From assembly GCA_965262615.1 (NCBI GenBank), contig OZ253545.1, positions 928,001-992,000 of the forward strand: DNA of 64,000 nucleotides, read 5' to 3'. Within the stretch, counting starts at the first letter, position 1, and every line of letters starts with the position of its first letter. Source of the stretch: Alphaproteobacteria bacterium (lineage in GTDB: Bacteria; Pseudomonadota; Alphaproteobacteria; GM7ARS4; G965262615). The notes beneath the pieces are model-generated. The model ran no database searches. It had not been told where the DNA came from and worked only from the letters and a program-made list of their open reading frames with translations. The translations under genes and the position numbers were made by a program. This document shows, piece by piece, positions 62,869 through 64,000 of this stretch.

Positions 62869-64000
62869 CTACAGGGAATTACCTTTGCCAATAGATCTGG
62901 TCATGCCCATCTTTGGACGAGGCTTGGGGATGGGCGGTGTTTTCATCACCCGCTGACGCTTTGCCCCCATGGTGCGCTCGCTGACGCGCTCTTTGGGCAT
63001 TTTCATCACATAACTATTGCGCGGTGATGCCAGCGTGATGCCTTGTCTGTGAGCATCACCGTGAGGCAACAGGTGACGATACACATACAGTCCTGCCAGA
63101 ACATTTTGCACATAGTGGCGCGTCTCATAAAGGGTGATGGATTCCACCCAAAATGGCACATCCACATTGCCGTAGCGAGGGTCGCCGAATTGTTCAATCC
63201 ATGAAATGGCGCGATGCTCACCGGCATTGTAGGCACTCACCGCAACCAAATATGAGCCGTGATACTTGTTGAGAAGGTAGGTGAGGTAGGCTCTGCCGAG
63301 GGTGATGTTGTAATCTCTGTCGGCAAGCATTTTTCTGCGATCAAAGGGGATGCCATACTCTTGGGCGATGCGCTGTCCCGTGCGCGGCATGATTTGCATG
63401 GCACCATGGGCACCGGCAGGGCTCAGAACCTTTCTCGCTGTGAAGGCACTCTCTTGGCGAATGATGGAATAGACAAGAGCTTTTTCCACAACAAAAGGAG
63501 GAGGCGGCGCAGCTTCGTTGTCATCTAGGGCGATGTGCAGAGGGCTCTCGTCAATAGCAAAGGGCATGGGATAATGAACGGGGTGATCGGGTGCTCCTTG
63601 ACGCAAGAACTGATGACCCATTGCCACCATCAAATCATGAGAGCCATAAAGGCGCAGCAGCTCAACGATGCGGCGGATGAGATGAGCATGGTGGTCGCGA
63701 TGGGAAACCAACTCACGAATAAAAGGCATGGTGGAGGATATCGCGTTCCCATGAAGCAACAGCCGAATGAGGGTGAGAATTTCTTCTTCTTGGGCGGTGA
63801 GGGGATGTGTCTGCCCGGTGTCATCATGAGCAAAAATATCTTTGTTGTGATGATGCAAAGCCTCACGAGCTTGCTGTCCGTAGAAGGTGGTGGGCAACAG
63901 ACTGGCTTTGAGAAACCACTCGCGCGCAATTTTTTCTTGATTCATATCATCAGCCGAGCGACCCGCCCAGTAGGCGGCTCGTGCCGCCAGACGCGAGGCG
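62869..64000 (-). CDS. Soluble lytic murein transglycosylase (Slt-like), C-terminal part; begins beyond the window
   Basis: IIRQESAF, SPAGAHGAMQIMP, AYNAGE and ETRHYV. The frame stays open upstream (..AAYWAGR..). Confidence 0.9.
   Translation of the reverse strand, partial: ASRLAARAAYWAGRSADDMNQEKIAREWFLKASLLPTTFYGQQAREALHHHNKDIFAHDDTGQTHPLTAQEEEILTLIRLLLHGNAISSTMPFIRELVSHRDHHAHLIRRIVELLRLYGSHDLMVAMGHQFLRQGAPDHPVHYPMPFAIDESPLHIALDDNEAAPPPPFVVEKALVYSIIRQESAFTARKVLSPAGAHGAMQIMPRTGQRIAQEYGIPFDRRKMLADRDYNITLGRAYLTYLLNKYHGSYLVAVSAYNAGEHRAISWIEQFGDPRYGNVDVPFWVESITLYETRHYVQNVLAGLYVYRHLLPHGDAHRQGITLASPRNSYVMKMPKERVSERTMGAKRQRVMKTPPIPKPRPKMGMTRSIGKGNSL

Overview
Alphaproteobacterial-type chromosome segment, inferred from hemC/hemD-tsaD, ssb/uvrA and cpoB-tilS-ftsH-folP-glmM synteny. 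Housekeeping genes at the left (purH 5' part, bamE, tRNA-Arg, hemD, hemC, tsaD), in the middle (tRNA-Ser, ssb, uvrA) and at the right (tupBCA, hisZ, SLC13 permease, thiC, thiD, glmM, folP, ftsH, tilS, cpoB, TPR-SPOR lipoprotein, lytic transglycosylase) frame three accessory zones. (1) About 22 kb between a degenerate tRNA 3'-end copy (7109-7136) and tRNA-Ser (29044-29133) is rich in defence genes: a Panacea toxin-antitoxin pair, a long SIR2 protein between direct repeats, a type III R-M operon whose middle is replaced by a two-MTase + PLD-nuclease (BfiI-like) cassette, a three-gene MTase/MTase/T5orf172-helicase system and a ~1000-aa membrane protein. (2) The most unusual region, 33.3-36.7 kb, is a repeated-promoter array: four membrane-anchored coiled-coil paralogues with different heptad numbers, interleaved with a LEM-3/ANKLE1-like GIY-YIG nuclease, an internally deleted copy of it, and a separately promoted acidic copy of its C-terminal domain. 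The array promoter matches the Panacea TA promoter at 27/30 nt, and both loci end in an inverted 711-bp duplicate of a lipoprotein gene with a riboswitch-like leader. (3) Two large autotransporters flank an AT-rich insert. All family calls come from motif recognition by eye; no searches were run.
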